DNA of 64,000 nt. Source: Candidatus Adlerbacteria bacterium. GTDB taxonomy: Bacteria > Patescibacteriota > Minisyncoccia > Phycocordibacterales > SBAW01. Below are positions 49,848-60,842 of the stretch, piece by piece (within the stretch, counting starts at the first letter, position 1; each line of letters opens with the position of its first letter). The notes beneath the pieces were generated by a model. The model did not search any database. It saw only the letters and a program-made list of their open reading frames with translations, and was not told the origin of the DNA. The position numbers and the translations under genes were made by a program. The DNA is taken from contig CAVVLG010000002.1 in assembly GCA_963749085.1 (NCBI GenBank), forward strand, positions 445,863 to 509,862. The letters are read 5' to 3'.

Positions 49848-51248
49848 GTGAAAAGATGGAACCAGACGACCATTGTATGGCCCATGTGGAGCTATCACGT
49901 AGACGGATACAACGACATCGGATATGGAGAAAAGACTAGAACCAATCTCAAAAATACCGTTGTAGACTAAAGGCACAGGGCGTTACCCGTAATTTGCCTG
50001 CCCATGCCTCTCACCAACGAGCAGTGGAGCGTCATCGCTCCGTTTGTCACACCCCTCAAGCGTTTGGAAACCCGCGGCCGTCCCCGGCAGGACGACCGCA
50101 AGATACTGGAAGGTATCCTCTGGGCACTGAAGACCGGCGCCCAGTGGAAGCACCTGCCGAAAGACTACCCGCCCTACCAGACCTGCCATCGCAGGTTCCA
50201 GCAGTGGGTGGAGAGCGGCGCCTTTGACCGCATCGTCGAAGCCCTGGCCATGGACATGGAATACCGGGGGCGCATCAAGCTCAGGAGCTGCTTTCTCGAT
50301 GCCACCTTCGCGGGGGCAAAAAAGGGGGTCTTGGCGTGGGACCCACGAAGCGTGGGAAAGGCACCAAGATCATGGCGATTGCGGACGAAGGCTCTCTTCC
50401 AGTCGCCGTCTATGTGGCCTCTGCTTCTCCGAGCGAAGTCCGGTTGGTTGAAGACACGCTTGCCCGGCGATTTACCCGACAGAATCCGCTTCGCCTCACG
50501 GCTGACCGAGCATATGATTCCGATCCGCTGGATGGAACGCTCCTGAACAAATACCGCATCAAACTCATTTCACCGCATCGCAGAGGCCGGGTGCGCAGAG
50601 CAACACAGGACGGCAGGGCGCTGCGCTCCTACAAGCGCCGGTGGAAGATTGAGCGGCTGTTCGCGTGGATGCACAACTGGAGAAAGCTCGTGACTCGCTA
50701 CGAATACAAACTGCAGAACTTTGCCGCCTTCGTGAAGCTCGCGTGCATCATGCTATTACTCAAACATTATTTTTGAGACTGGTTCTAATCTAAGGGTATC
50801 CGTTTCGGAAGAAGTAGCTTTTCTTCGTTGCGTATCTATCACCGCTCAATCAGATCTTTCACATCAAATGAGGATCTACATATCTCTTAAGCCTGAAGGC
50901 AAAGAGAAATGGCCTAACCCAAAAGATCTTCAAAACGCCGCCTCGGTGGTTACGAGGGCTCTGTACTTCCAGAATTTTCAAGAAGAGAGAGCCGAAGCAG
51001 TGCACGACCACATCGTCATTACCATGAAATTGTCGCCGGGCGAGCAATTCTGCGAAAAGGCGATTGCATTAGTTGGCAGAATTATGTATCTGTTCGGGAT
51101 ACAAGACAAAGATGGTCGGCTCGTTGGAAATTTCAACATAAGCCAAACGACTCACATTTTGCGCAACGGTCGTTGGGAAACTTATGCGGACGTGTTGCGT
51201 AAAAAGCTTAGGCTCCAAGGCCCATATATCTATTGTTGGACCAACTAA
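49848..51248 (+). pseudogene. hypothetical gene (~183 aa) interrupted by IS5 copy 2
   Basis: AGGAG-GTG start at 49848; removing the IS and one TA restores the frame into ORF 50868-51248. Confidence 0.75.
49939..50785 (+). mobile_element. IS5-family element, copy 2 (appears identical to copy 1)
   Basis: Same TIRs and ORFs offset by 1700 bp; TA duplication. Confidence 0.93.
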
Positions 51249-51467
51249 CACTTTCTACTCAAGAGTAGCTCCACTTCGGTGGAGCTTTTTGTTGGCTTAG
51301 CTGGGAAGATTAGAAATCGAACTTTTAATGACAGATTAGGAGAATGGCTCGAACCTTACCAAATCCTTATTCTTAGGTCTATTTTATAAATCTACTCAAA
51401 ACCAGAGGTTCTAACCGCCAAAAACCTGGCTCAACAAAGCCTTGAAAAATAACGGTTTTTAGGCAGG

Positions 51468-51551
51468 TGCCCAGGAGAGGACTCGAACCTCCATGCCCTT
51501 GCGGGCGCTACCACCTCAAGGTAGTACGTCTACCAGTTTCGCCACCTGGGC
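51468..51551 (-). tRNA. tRNA-Leu(GAG)
   Basis: GCCCAGG acceptor, loop TTGAGGT, long variable arm GCCCGCAAGGGC, GGTTCGAGTCC. Confidence 0.95.
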
Positions 51552-51557
51552 GTTCGT

Positions 51558-52031
51558 CTACTTTACAGCAGCTTCCTCTTTTTGAGGAGTAGTTTCTTCG
51601 GGAGCACGCGATCCTTCTTGAGAAGACTGCGGCGTAAAGGCAAGCTGCTTTCGCATAGCGCGCTTGACGTCGTGCGCGGCCTTGCGGCGGATAAAGTAAA
51701 GTTTTGCGCGACGAGTACGCGTGCGGCGCAGCACCTCTATCTCCTGGATCATCGGAGAATAAAGTGGAAATATTTTTTCAACCCCTACTCCGCTTGCCAC
51801 GCGGCGCACCGTGAACATGGCACCCGGCTCCGTGCCATGCTTGACCGCAAGTACCAGACCTTCAAATGCCTGTTTGCGGACGTTCTTGGTCGTTACTTCT
51901 TTTTTATTGGCTGCTTTGCCTTTTTTAAGCTCGACGATGTTTTGCCAGACACGCACCGTGTCCCCAGCACGCAGTCCCAGGTCCGCTCGCTCCTTCATAT
52001 TTACGGGGGAGATTTTGACTCCAGATTTCAT
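51558..52031 (-). CDS. rplS: 50S ribosomal protein bL19
   Basis: GDTVRV, QAFEGLV, FTVRR...GVGVEKIFPLYSP, RRAKLYF. Confidence 0.96.
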   Translation of the reverse strand: MKSGVKISPVNMKERADLGLRAGDTVRVWQNIVELKKGKAANKKEVTTKNVRKQAFEGLVLAVKHGTEPGAMFTVRRVASGVGVEKIFPLYSPMIQEIEVLRRTRTRRAKLYFIRRKAAHDVKRAMRKQLAFTPQSSQEGSRAPEETTPQKEEAAVK

Positions 52032-52060
52032 GACTTGTGTGCAAGGACTTTATCACAGAG

Positions 52061-52723
52061 CTACTCTTTGCGCAATTCATTTTCTGCTCTTACAAAATCT
52101 TCCGGCAGCGGGGCTTGAAACATCATCTCCTTTCCATTCGGATGAATAAAGGTAAGTGAGTGAGCATGGAGTGCGAGGCGGTTGAATCCGAGAAGCGGCG
52201 GACGAGTGGGCGCATAGAGTTGATCGCACACGATAGGGTGTTGTATCGCCGAGAAGTGCACTCTGATTTGGTGCGTGCGGCCGGTTTTTGGAAACGCTTC
52301 CACGTAGGAAACGCCAGCACCTCTCTGTATTACCCGATAGAGAGTTTCGGCTTGGCGCCGAGTGCCGTGCGGACGCGTGGCTGAGCGAGGCCCTAAGCCC
52401 CCGCGTGCAGAGCCGATAGGCCTCTCAATTATGCCGCGGTCATCTTTTAATATGCCGTATACGAAGGCACGGTAGGTCTTTTTTATTTCTCGGTCTTGAA
52501 ATTGCCTTTTTAAAAATTCGTAGGCTTTCTCGGTTTTTGCAATCAGTAAGATACCAGAAGTTTCTCTGTCGATTCGATGTACGAAATGAAACTCCGAATA
52601 TTTCTTCCCAAGCCACGCATCAAGCGCCGGGTAGTCATGCTTGCCGTCCGGATACACGATCATCCCGCTCGGTTTATCGATGACTACGACAGAGTCGTCC
52701 TCAAAAATAATCTTCGGTTCCAT
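52061..52723 (-). CDS. RluA-family pseudouridine synthase
   Basis: DKPSG, VHRIDRETSG, TGRTHQIRVH, LHA. Confidence 0.94.
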   Translation of the reverse strand: MEPKIIFEDDSVVVIDKPSGMIVYPDGKHDYPALDAWLGKKYSEFHFVHRIDRETSGILLIAKTEKAYEFLKRQFQDREIKKTYRAFVYGILKDDRGIIERPIGSARGGLGPRSATRPHGTRRQAETLYRVIQRGAGVSYVEAFPKTGRTHQIRVHFSAIQHPIVCDQLYAPTRPPLLGFNRLALHAHSLTFIHPNGKEMMFQAPLPEDFVRAENELRKE

Positions 52724-52817
52724 GTGCACCCTCACGGTAGCGCACCAGTCCAAGTGAAGCAACGTAAGGGTTCTTCGGGCACCATTGATCGTATTGTCAC
52801 GAGGTCTCATGGTCAGC

Positions 52818-53340
52818 GGCAAAACCGAACAAACCGAACACCAAAAGGCATAGTTTGAAGTGTTCGGTTTTTGTTCGTTTTTTGGCGTTCCAGCAAGCAC
52901 CCCAAGGGTATTCGCTGGATGGAAGGCTCAAAAAGCACCGTTCGCTTGGAGCCTCGTGGTTGCGAACCAAAAATGGACGAATTGGACGAAAAAACCGGGG
53001 TATTTGGATGTCCAATTTTTCAGCATAGTGTTACAAACTGTTACACTTTTCTAAGGGTACAAAAAATGAGGCGGTTGCAGAATACGCCTAAGGAAAAGAA
53101 CATTCTACTGAAGGAGGTGCATAACACTATTCGGAGGGCTGTACCACTGTAGCAAAAATCCATTGGACGGATGGATTGGACACAAAATCGTCCAATGGAG
53201 AACGTCCTACCACAGCGGGCAGTGAAATGCCAAGAAATGCCTAAAAATTGGGTGAGTTGTGCTTAAGAAGGTCGACATTTTGGCATTTGCCGCTCCAGCG
53301 ATTTTATACCGAATGGGACACGGAATGACGTGTCATATGT
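52818..53340. repeat. modular direct+inverted short-repeat block A
   Basis: AAACCGAACA x2, 20 bp, TGTTCGGTTT; AA(A/T)TGGACG x2, 20 bp, TGTCCAATT; TGTTACA x2; GAAATGCC x2 etc. Confidence 0.75.
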
Positions 53341-53733
53341 GTAATTTCAAGCCCTTTACCCCTGCAGCCCGGGGCCAATGATACCGAATGAGACTCCAAA
53401 ATAGGGCTTCATTTGGGAGCTATCTAATTTTCTGCTCAGCATTATCTCTGGACTGAGGCAACTCTGTAGTTACCCACGCGTCGTCCGCCTTGCAAACATA
53501 AACCGTGCGAGCATATGTCTTCCCATTATCAGAATTATGACTACTATCCGACCGCTTAATTTCCATTGAGAGATCGCAAACAGGACATTTCATATGTCGC
53601 CATTATATACCCTGCGCGTGGTGTACCATAATCAACAATTGCCTTCCAACTAAAAATTGCAGGGTATACTATCCTAAAGAGGGTCAGCAACCTTTTTTAT
53701 ACAATAAGCGCGATTCCAATTAACACTATTGCC

Positions 53734-54486
53734 ATGAGCAACAGCACAAGAAATTCCTTACTATGGGTTATAGGGTTCGTGGTGGTGTACTCGATTTTTG
53801 TCATAAAGGTCTCATCAACGGTCAGCGATTACTCGGATATCATCGTCGGCACGACCTTCTTTTTCACGTTGTTTATCGGTTACTTTATTGGGCGTCAAAA
53901 TGATCGATACTCAGAAATCTCTGACCAGCTCACTTCCAACGATGGCTGGTTCTCGTATCTATATCGCATTAGCGGTCTTGTGCCGCGCATCCAAGGTGAG
54001 GTGCGGGATATTCTCAAGGATCATTACTCAAAAATCATCGAGAGTAAGAATCTCGCATATCATGTCACGCACCCCTCCAACACACTTACAAGAATGACAA
54101 AAGCTTTGGGAAGCATCACAGAAGAAGAGAGTGGTAATCCAGCTGCGGGAGAGGCGTGGCCTTTTACTTTTGAGGTTATTTCTGACTTGCAGATAACTCG
54201 CAAAAAAATACTTAATCTATATGGAGAAAAATTGGTGCCGTTCCAATGGTCCATCGTTTACATACTGGCTGCCCTGTTGGTGGTCTCCTTTAATTTTGTT
54301 CCATCAACGTCTTGGCTCGTCACTATTTTGAAAATATGTTTTGGTACTGCCGTCTTCATTTCGATCATATTATTGCATCAGCTCGATAATCTGACGCTTT
54401 TTGGAGACAGCGCTGGAATGGATTCGGCGCACGATGTTATGCGTATTGTCGAAGAAAAAGATGCGGCCGAGCTTGGGAAAAAATAG
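53734..54486 (+). CDS. membrane protein (DUF4239/bestrophin-like topology)
   Basis: 2 TM, soluble helical region, 2 TM, ..LDN..F. Confidence 0.55.
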   Translation: MSNSTRNSLLWVIGFVVVYSIFVIKVSSTVSDYSDIIVGTTFFFTLFIGYFIGRQNDRYSEISDQLTSNDGWFSYLYRISGLVPRIQGEVRDILKDHYSKIIESKNLAYHVTHPSNTLTRMTKALGSITEEESGNPAAGEAWPFTFEVISDLQITRKKILNLYGEKLVPFQWSIVYILAALLVVSFNFVPSTSWLVTILKICFGTAVFISIILLHQLDNLTLFGDSAGMDSAHDVMRIVEEKDAAELGKK

Positions 54487-54495
54487 CTTGTATTT

Positions 54496-55686
54496 TTATC
54501 GGATATCCTGTAGCGCGAAAGAATACTTAAGTCCGAGCGCCATCACAACCGCCAGTACCAAAAAACTCCATTGTAGTGAGAACAGTTGGAGCGAGATCGA
54601 TGCGACTACGGCCGCGGCGACATACGTTGCAGGACGTGCGACACGGAAAAGGCTGATGGTGTCGGAGAAGGAGCTGTCGACGTGTTTGAAGAAATAGCTC
54701 TCCGTTGCTATCTCAGTGCAGCTTGCTCCAACGCGGCTGACAAACAAGACCACAGTCCAGAAGAGAAATACAGGTGTCGTAAGAAACGGCATGAGAGCAA
54801 CCATAAGCGCCATGAGCACAAAGCCGACTATCATTATTTCTTTTTCGTCGTATCGCATATCCGCAATTCTGCCAAGCGGCAGCTCAAGCAGTAGGAACGG
54901 CAGAAGCATGATGGCAAACATTATCCCTATCTGCGCCCACGTAAACCCAACGTAGCGGAATAAATAGAGCGGTGTATAGATGACCATCCACGCGTAGAAA
55001 AAGCGTAGAAGGAATTGCGCCGCGAATACGTTATATAGATTGGGACGCTTAAAAACGTATGCGAGGGATTCCCGCAAGGAACGGTGATTGTACGAAGCAT
55101 CATGGAATGTTCGCAGCCGCGAAACAATGACCGCCAGTCCTATCAGTAAAAAGGCCACTGACACGAGGTATACTTTCCAAAACGCATCGGTAGAATCGAG
55201 TAGCAGTCCAGCTATGAGCGGACATACTACCTGCGCGATATTGATCATGGTGAGAAAAAGCCCGCGCATCCCGCCAGTGACTCGCTCATCCTTTATGAAT
55301 TTCTCGAGAAAAATGTCGAGGTTGAGGTAAATCACCGGCGAGATAGCGAGAAAGACAGTGAAGAAAAACAATACCGCCATAGAGCCGTGCGCGAACGCGA
55401 GACCCACAAGCGATAGGGCTTCGAGCAGGATGAAAAATGATATCAGCCTGTAATTTCCGATCCTTTTTAAGATGCGGGAGAAATACGCAAAGAAAAGGAG
55501 ACTTATAAGCGAGCCTATGATGTAAAGTATGCTGATTCCGCTGTCGCTGAGATACTGGCTTAAAAAAGAGGAGTTTATGTAGATGATTAGGAAGTAGTGA
55601 AAAGAGACGAACAGATTGGCAATATATACCGCGCTTACATCCGAGTCCTTACGCCTCCACAAAAAATCAGCCATTGACGTGCGCAT
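54496..55686 (-). CDS. MFS transporter
   Basis: ~12 TMs; motif-A-like LGRIADMRYDEK. Confidence 0.85.
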   Translation of the reverse strand: MRTSMADFLWRRKDSDVSAVYIANLFVSFHYFLIIYINSSFLSQYLSDSGISILYIIGSLISLLFFAYFSRILKRIGNYRLISFFILLEALSLVGLAFAHGSMAVLFFFTVFLAISPVIYLNLDIFLEKFIKDERVTGGMRGLFLTMINIAQVVCPLIAGLLLDSTDAFWKVYLVSVAFLLIGLAVIVSRLRTFHDASYNHRSLRESLAYVFKRPNLYNVFAAQFLLRFFYAWMVIYTPLYLFRYVGFTWAQIGIMFAIMLLPFLLLELPLGRIADMRYDEKEIMIVGFVLMALMVALMPFLTTPVFLFWTVVLFVSRVGASCTEIATESYFFKHVDSSFSDTISLFRVARPATYVAAAVVASISLQLFSLQWSFLVLAVVMALGLKYSFALQDIR

Positions 55687-55688
55687 GT

Positions 55689-56735
55689 TTAGGGATGAAA
55701 AAAGAAGGCGATGCCGATGATCGCGTAGGAGCCGAGGAGCTGCACGCCTTCAAGCCAATTGCTCTCGCCGTCGGCGATTATGAGGTTGACGATAAGCACG
55801 GAGAGAACGATCGAAACGAGTTCGAAGATATTGAATATAAGGTTCATCGGCTGGTGGATTACCAATCCCGCGAGCACCAACACCGGCGCCACGACCATCG
55901 CTATCTGTGTTGCAGAGCCCATGGCGATTTGGAGCGAGAGATCCATGCGATTTTTACGCGCTACGATAACTGCAGAGAGATTCTCCGCGGCATTGCCGAT
56001 GATGGCCAAGAAAATAACGCCGACGAACAGCTCAGACCATCCCAGTGTGGCAACCAGCGGTTGAATGGAATTAACCAATAATTCGCTTACCCATGCGACT
56101 ACGAGCGTCGCGGCACACAAAGTAAGAAGACTGCGTGAGACGCTCCAGCGCGGTTCATACTTTCCCGCTTCTTCCAGATATAGATGCTTGTGGGTATGCA
56201 AAGAGAAAAAGAGGGTGGCGCCGTAGAGCACGAGGAGCGCTACTGATACCCACAGACTCATGTCTTCGACAATGCCGCCCGTGAGAAGCGGAGCGGTCTG
56301 CGACAAAATGGCTGGCATCACAAGTGCTATAGCGGCGATAAAAAGGGTTGAACCGCTGGCAAGCACGGCGGTTTTGTTGAACGTCTGCTTCTCGCGCGAC
56401 CAACCGCCTGCGAGCATTGAGAGCCCGAGCACCAAAAGCAAATTACCGATAATGGAGCCAGTAATCGATGCCTTGACCACTTCTATAAGCCCTGCGCGCA
56501 GGGCAAAAAAACCGATAATAAGCTCAGTCGCGTTACCGAACGTCGCTGAAAGAAGCCCGCCTACGGCGGGCGATGTACGTGTCGCCAGTTCCTCAGTTGA
56601 TTCCCCGATGAATTTGGCGAGCGGCACTATGGCGAGCGCGCAGAGAAAAAATATAATAGTGGGCGATATGCCAAGAGCCTGCGCTGCGATGGCGACGGGC
56701 ACGAACACCAGCAGGATGAGAAAAAATTTATCCAT
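55689..56735 (-). CDS. Ca2+/H+ antiporter (CAX), copy 2
   Basis: Same length (348 aa) and motifs as copy 1, with many synonymous differences. Confidence 0.93.
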   Translation of the reverse strand: MDKFFLILLVFVPVAIAAQALGISPTIIFFLCALAIVPLAKFIGESTEELATRTSPAVGGLLSATFGNATELIIGFFALRAGLIEVVKASITGSIIGNLLLVLGLSMLAGGWSREKQTFNKTAVLASGSTLFIAAIALVMPAILSQTAPLLTGGIVEDMSLWVSVALLVLYGATLFFSLHTHKHLYLEEAGKYEPRWSVSRSLLTLCAATLVVAWVSELLVNSIQPLVATLGWSELFVGVIFLAIIGNAAENLSAVIVARKNRMDLSLQIAMGSATQIAMVVAPVLVLAGLVIHQPMNLIFNIFELVSIVLSVLIVNLIIADGESNWLEGVQLLGSYAIIGIAFFFHP

Positions 56736-57037
56736 TAGTGCAGATTTGCCCTCACTTCAAATGAGTGCTGGGTCGGATTGTAATCGGGATGAAAGGTAGT
56801 TGTGTGGATTTTATCGCCCCGCATCTCGTAAAGCGCATGCGGCGATTTTCCTCCTGGATGGAATTCCGTCGCGTACCACTTGCCGTCGCGCACGGTGTAG
56901 AGCGGCTTGTCGGCGGGAGCCTCGCGATTGAAGCGGGTCGCATACACCTGACCTCCCCGCAGCTCATACTGAGGCCGGAGTGAGTGCTCCCCGCCCGCAT
57001 GGCCATATTCAGCCTGATGAATGTATTGGATATCCAT
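56735..57037 (-). CDS. His-rich small repeat protein, copy 2
   Basis: MDIQYIHQ...RPQYELRGGQVYATRFN; paralog of 47091-47393. Confidence 0.75.
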   Translation of the reverse strand: MDIQYIHQAEYGHAGGEHSLRPQYELRGGQVYATRFNREAPADKPLYTVRDGKWYATEFHPGGKSPHALYEMRGDKIHTTTFHPDYNPTQHSFEVRANLH

Positions 57038-57177
57038 AGCTAAAACTCTAACATTTAAGAGGTTTTTCAAAACTCAGTTACCAACAGCTTGCCAACTCAC
57101 CCCTACTGGACTCTTAGGAGGGTTGGCGTCATCCATTGACCTGTCGAAATTAGCAGACACATAACAGGCCTAGACAT

Positions 57178-58509
57178 ATGGAAGCACATATAGCAGAAGG
57201 TTTGGAGCAGATGGGCGTAGCCGCTCCGCAGGAGAAAGCAGCAGTGCAAATTAAATATTGCCTCTATGCTCGAAAGAGCACCGAGGACGATGAGCATCAA
57301 GCGCTCTCCATTGATAGTCAAATCAAGGAGATGACCACGCTGGCGGTGAGAGAGAAATTAGACGTAGTCGAAGTGCGGTCGGAAAAACACTCCGCCAAGG
57401 CCGCTGGGCAGCGTCCGGTGTTTCGGCAGCTGCTCGCTGATCTGAGGACAGGTGTATTTAACGGCATACTCACCTGGGCACCCGACAGGTTGTCGCGCAA
57501 CGGCGGCGATCTTGGCGTAGTAGTCGATCTCATGGATCAGAAGTGTTTGGCAGAGATACGGACGTACACGCAGAAGTTCACCAATAACCCCAATGAGAAA
57601 TTTCTGCTCATGATATTGGGTAGCCAGGCTAAACTCGAGAACGACAACAAGAGCCTGAACATAAAACGCGGGCTCAAAGCTCGCGCCGAGATGGGGCTGT
57701 GGCCTGGCATAGCGCCTACGGGCTACCTCAATGACAAGAGGAGTGACCACAAGTGCGAAGTGCTGGTGGACCCCCTGCGTTCCTCAGTGGTGAAGCAAAT
57801 ATTCGAGAAGGTCGGACGCGACAGGTTGAGCGGAAGAAAAGTCTATGCGTGGTTGCGGGGTGATGTCCGCTTCACCACACGGTATGGCAAACCGCTGAGT
57901 TTGAGCAACATCTACAATATGCTGAGAAATCCCTTCTACTGCGGCATGTACGAGTTCCCCCGCAGGTCGGGACAGTGGTACACCGGCAAACACACGCCCC
58001 TCATCACCAAGGAGCTGTTCCAGTTGGCGCAGGAGAAACTGGCGGAGGAGAATAGGCCACGGAAGAAGTTCCAGGACTTCACCTTCACCCGTCTCATGAC
58101 CTGCGGGTATTGCGGGTCAGGTATCACAGCCCAGGAGAAGGCCAAGAACCTCAAAGACGGCTCGGTGCGTTGGTACATTTACTACAGCTGCAACAAGCAC
58201 AAAGATCACCACTGCAAGAATCCATATATCAGGGAGGACAATCTCATATCCCTCCTCCTAGAGATATTGAACCAAGTATCCATAGATGAGATAGGGGCAC
58301 GCCATCTCATCGAGCGAGAGGTGGCGCGGTACAACAAACTCAGAACCGCTATGGGTTATACCGACAAAGACACGGCGAAGGATATGGACACCAGAAAATA
58401 TGCTAAGTATCTCCTTCAGCATGGGACGCCTCAGGAGAAACGCGAACTGCTTGAACACCTCAGAAACAGGATTGTGATGAAGGACAGGAAAATATCCATA
58501 TCAGATTAG
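57178..58509 (+). CDS. large serine recombinase 1
   Basis: YARKST, DRLSRN, APTGY, GKHTPLI, CGYCG...YYSC....C zinc ribbon. Confidence 0.93.
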   Translation: MEAHIAEGLEQMGVAAPQEKAAVQIKYCLYARKSTEDDEHQALSIDSQIKEMTTLAVREKLDVVEVRSEKHSAKAAGQRPVFRQLLADLRTGVFNGILTWAPDRLSRNGGDLGVVVDLMDQKCLAEIRTYTQKFTNNPNEKFLLMILGSQAKLENDNKSLNIKRGLKARAEMGLWPGIAPTGYLNDKRSDHKCEVLVDPLRSSVVKQIFEKVGRDRLSGRKVYAWLRGDVRFTTRYGKPLSLSNIYNMLRNPFYCGMYEFPRRSGQWYTGKHTPLITKELFQLAQEKLAEENRPRKKFQDFTFTRLMTCGYCGSGITAQEKAKNLKDGSVRWYIYYSCNKHKDHHCKNPYIREDNLISLLLEILNQVSIDEIGARHLIEREVARYNKLRTAMGYTDKDTAKDMDTRKYAKYLLQHGTPQEKRELLEHLRNRIVMKDRKISISD

Positions 58510-59216
58510 TTGCCTTTTTCACACATACGCACCTCACCGGTCTCAGGATCTTGTATGACGTTTTCAGCCCATGTTCTGCCTCCTAAAGGAGAAAGCGGCT
58601 TATCCAGTGAATACAGTGGGGCAAGACCACGACCCGCATACTCGAGTGTTTTGAAAACGTATCCCAAAAAGGAACCCGTGAATCGATAGCGACGAATACA
58701 TGCGGCAATTTGTTCTTCTAGAATGTCGCCAAAGCCACCCCAGCGCTGAAGTACATAATATTTCTCAACCCAGTCGTCGACTGCATATCTGATGAGTGTC
58801 ACGGCCTCTTGCCGTGCAAGCACATTGCCCTTTTGAGCGACTCGTACGAAGGCGACAAGTATGCGATCCCGCGTCCGGCGGTCTTGGTCATCCAACGCAG
58901 TAATCAAAGTATAGATTTTGTCACGATATTTAGTGAGTACCAGATCAACCTCACCTTGATTCTCATACGGTTTCTTTGCTCTACGTCTGCGGCCATTCCA
59001 TTTAGGTTGAAGCGATCGATCAAGAACGCTAGTGACCGCATCCCAATCAATATTGCCCGTTGGTGTTCTGAGATTGAGTCGGATGAATCGGTATGCTCGG
59101 GGAGCGTGCTGATATACCCAAGTGCCGGAGAACGACTTAGGATTCTTTTTGGAGAGAACGGTGCTTAAGATGTAAATCGCCTTGTCAAAGTTCACACTGT
59201 GTAAGTGTAAGACCAA
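58506..59216 (-). CDS. hypothetical protein with sigma-70 region-2-like C-terminus
   Basis: [11 protein letters not shown]...[14 protein letters not shown]...SLDKPL. Confidence 0.5.
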   Translation of the reverse strand: MVLHLHSVNFDKAIYILSTVLSKKNPKSFSGTWVYQHAPRAYRFIRLNLRTPTGNIDWDAVTSVLDRSLQPKWNGRRRRAKKPYENQGEVDLVLTKYRDKIYTLITALDDQDRRTRDRILVAFVRVAQKGNVLARQEAVTLIRYAVDDWVEKYYVLQRWGGFGDILEEQIAACIRRYRFTGSFLGYVFKTLEYAGRGLAPLYSLDKPLSPLGGRTWAENVIQDPETGEVRMCEKGN

Positions 59217-59306
59217 AAAGTTTTGTTCGTTGACCCCTCTAGGTTGCGAACCAACCTCGAGATATTTCGAGGCCTAGTGGACGGCTAGATGGGCCGCTGA
59301 CTGCTG

Positions 59307-59379
59307 TGCACGCTGCAGGACTCGAACCTGCGACCTTCCCCGTGTAAAGGGGTTGCTCTACCAACTGAGCTAAGCGTGC
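59307..59379 (-). tRNA. tRNA-Val(TAC)
   Basis: GCACGCT acceptor, TAGCTCAGTTGGTAGAGC D-arm, loop TTTACAC, GGTTCGAGTCC. Confidence 0.93.
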
Positions 59380-59477
59380 GTGCCCCTCCACGGTATCGCA
59401 CCGTACCAAGCGAGGCAACGCAAGGGCCGTTTGGCCCATCAGCGACCTCTTGATTCGATGCCTCACGGTAGGGTTGT

Positions 59478-59870
59478 AAATGAGACATAATGAGACACTA
59501 CTCGCGCATATCTGTAACTGTCTCATTTACGGCATTCCGGCAAGCAGAATAAGGGGATTCGAGGATTTAGGTGCTGTCTCAGGAGCTTTTCGAGCGCGCC
59601 GCACGGTATCGCACCAGAATCTTACAAATCTGACAGGGGGTCAGGGTTCAAAATGCTACAAAAGTGACACGAGAACGATACGTTCAGCTGTAACTTTTCG
59701 GGATCAAAATGCCACGAATGCGACAGTCGAAATGGCACACTTTGGCACACAGATACGGTGTGTGCCGAACGTATGATTTTCACCCCTTTCTACTGCCCGA
59801 CTCAAGGCAGACCCTTGCTCGTTTAACGAAAATGGCATAGCACACTGTTCGGGGAGAGTGTGCCCTTTCT
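59478..59870. repeat. modular direct+inverted short-repeat block B
   Basis: AATGAGACA x2, 21 bp, TGTCTCATTT; AAATGCTACA/AAAGTGACA, 19 bp, TGTAACTTTT; TGGCACA x2, TGTGCCG. Confidence 0.75.
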
Positions 59871-59912
59871 TAAACGCTAAAAACGCCGATCGTGAGAAAT
59901 CGCTAGGTGTAG

Positions 59913-60842
59913 TTATTTCTTTAGCGACAAAGTACGTCTTAAGGAAGCTAGGGCTTTCTCTTGAGCATCCATGTCCTCGTTGATATTTCCAGACGACTCA
60001 GCAAAGGCCATCTCGATAAGTCTTAAATCCTGCTCCGAAGAAGCACTTTCAACCATATTTAGCATATGCGCTTCATAAGGAGCCCAAGGTAGTTCCTTTG
60101 AGCCTTGTCTCATTTTCTCTGCTTTCTTTGTCCCGAGCAACGAGTCGACTTTTTCCTGAAGTTGTATCGCTTCGGTCGTTTGAGTCTCGTAACGCTCCTT
60201 GAGCTCGCCAAAGATACGCTTAATGTCTGTCGACAACTTTTCCTTGCCTTCTTCCAAAGAATCGAGTTCTTCCTGACTAAATGACCGTGGTTGATTTGCT
60301 CGAACTGCTAAAAAATCTACGACATTATTTTCTCGACTAACGCCGCCTTCTTCCTGTCCCGTTTCTGCCGGATGGACTTCACCGTAAAGCGAAGATCCAA
60401 GAAGATTCATTCTGTTCTGAAATTCCAGAAACTTATCAGGAGGAATTCCTCCTTTTTTTTTCCAATCACGGAGCCTTGTTTGCGCGTCAGCGTGCCAAGA
60501 TTTTGCTGAAGCGATATCTTGTGTCGCGAAAAAACCGTCAGCTCGCGCAAGCACGTTAGAGATTTCAGCACTCGGGAGTTGAGCAATCATTTCGCGCGCC
60601 TCATCATTAAAAGCAGACACGTCTACTCCCGCCTCTTCAGCGGAGGTTAAATTTTTCTGAAGATCTTCCCACACGGTATCTCCAAACATACGCTCCCCTC
60701 GCAAGGTCTTGCGAGCATGAGCCATTCTTGACTTAAGCACTTGAATTTCCCGAGAATCCTCAGGACTGCTTTCCAAGTCTTGATCTGGAGCGACTTCAGG
60801 TTTTTTCTTGGGTGGCGAATTAAAAGGATTTTCAGCTGACAT
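59913..60842 (-). CDS. hypothetical helical/coiled-coil protein
   Basis: 309-aa ORF, E/K/Q-rich, no recognisable motif. Confidence 0.65.
   Translation of the reverse strand: MSAENPFNSPPKKKPEVAPDQDLESSPEDSREIQVLKSRMAHARKTLRGERMFGDTVWEDLQKNLTSAEEAGVDVSAFNDEAREMIAQLPSAEISNVLARADGFFATQDIASAKSWHADAQTRLRDWKKKGGIPPDKFLEFQNRMNLLGSSLYGEVHPAETGQEEGGVSRENNVVDFLAVRANQPRSFSQEELDSLEEGKEKLSTDIKRIFGELKERYETQTTEAIQLQEKVDSLLGTKKAEKMRQGSKELPWAPYEAHMLNMVESASSEQDLRLIEMAFAESSGNINEDMDAQEKALASLRRTLSLKK

Noticed and set aside
48239-50785. Composite transposon carrying the Fis-HTH gene
   Set aside because: Each IS has its own TA duplication and copy 2 splits a gene with halves inside and outside, so the copies inserted independently
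52724-52900. N-terminal extension of the RluA ORF
   Set aside because: It runs through the non-coding repeat block; family similarity starts at MEPKII (52723)
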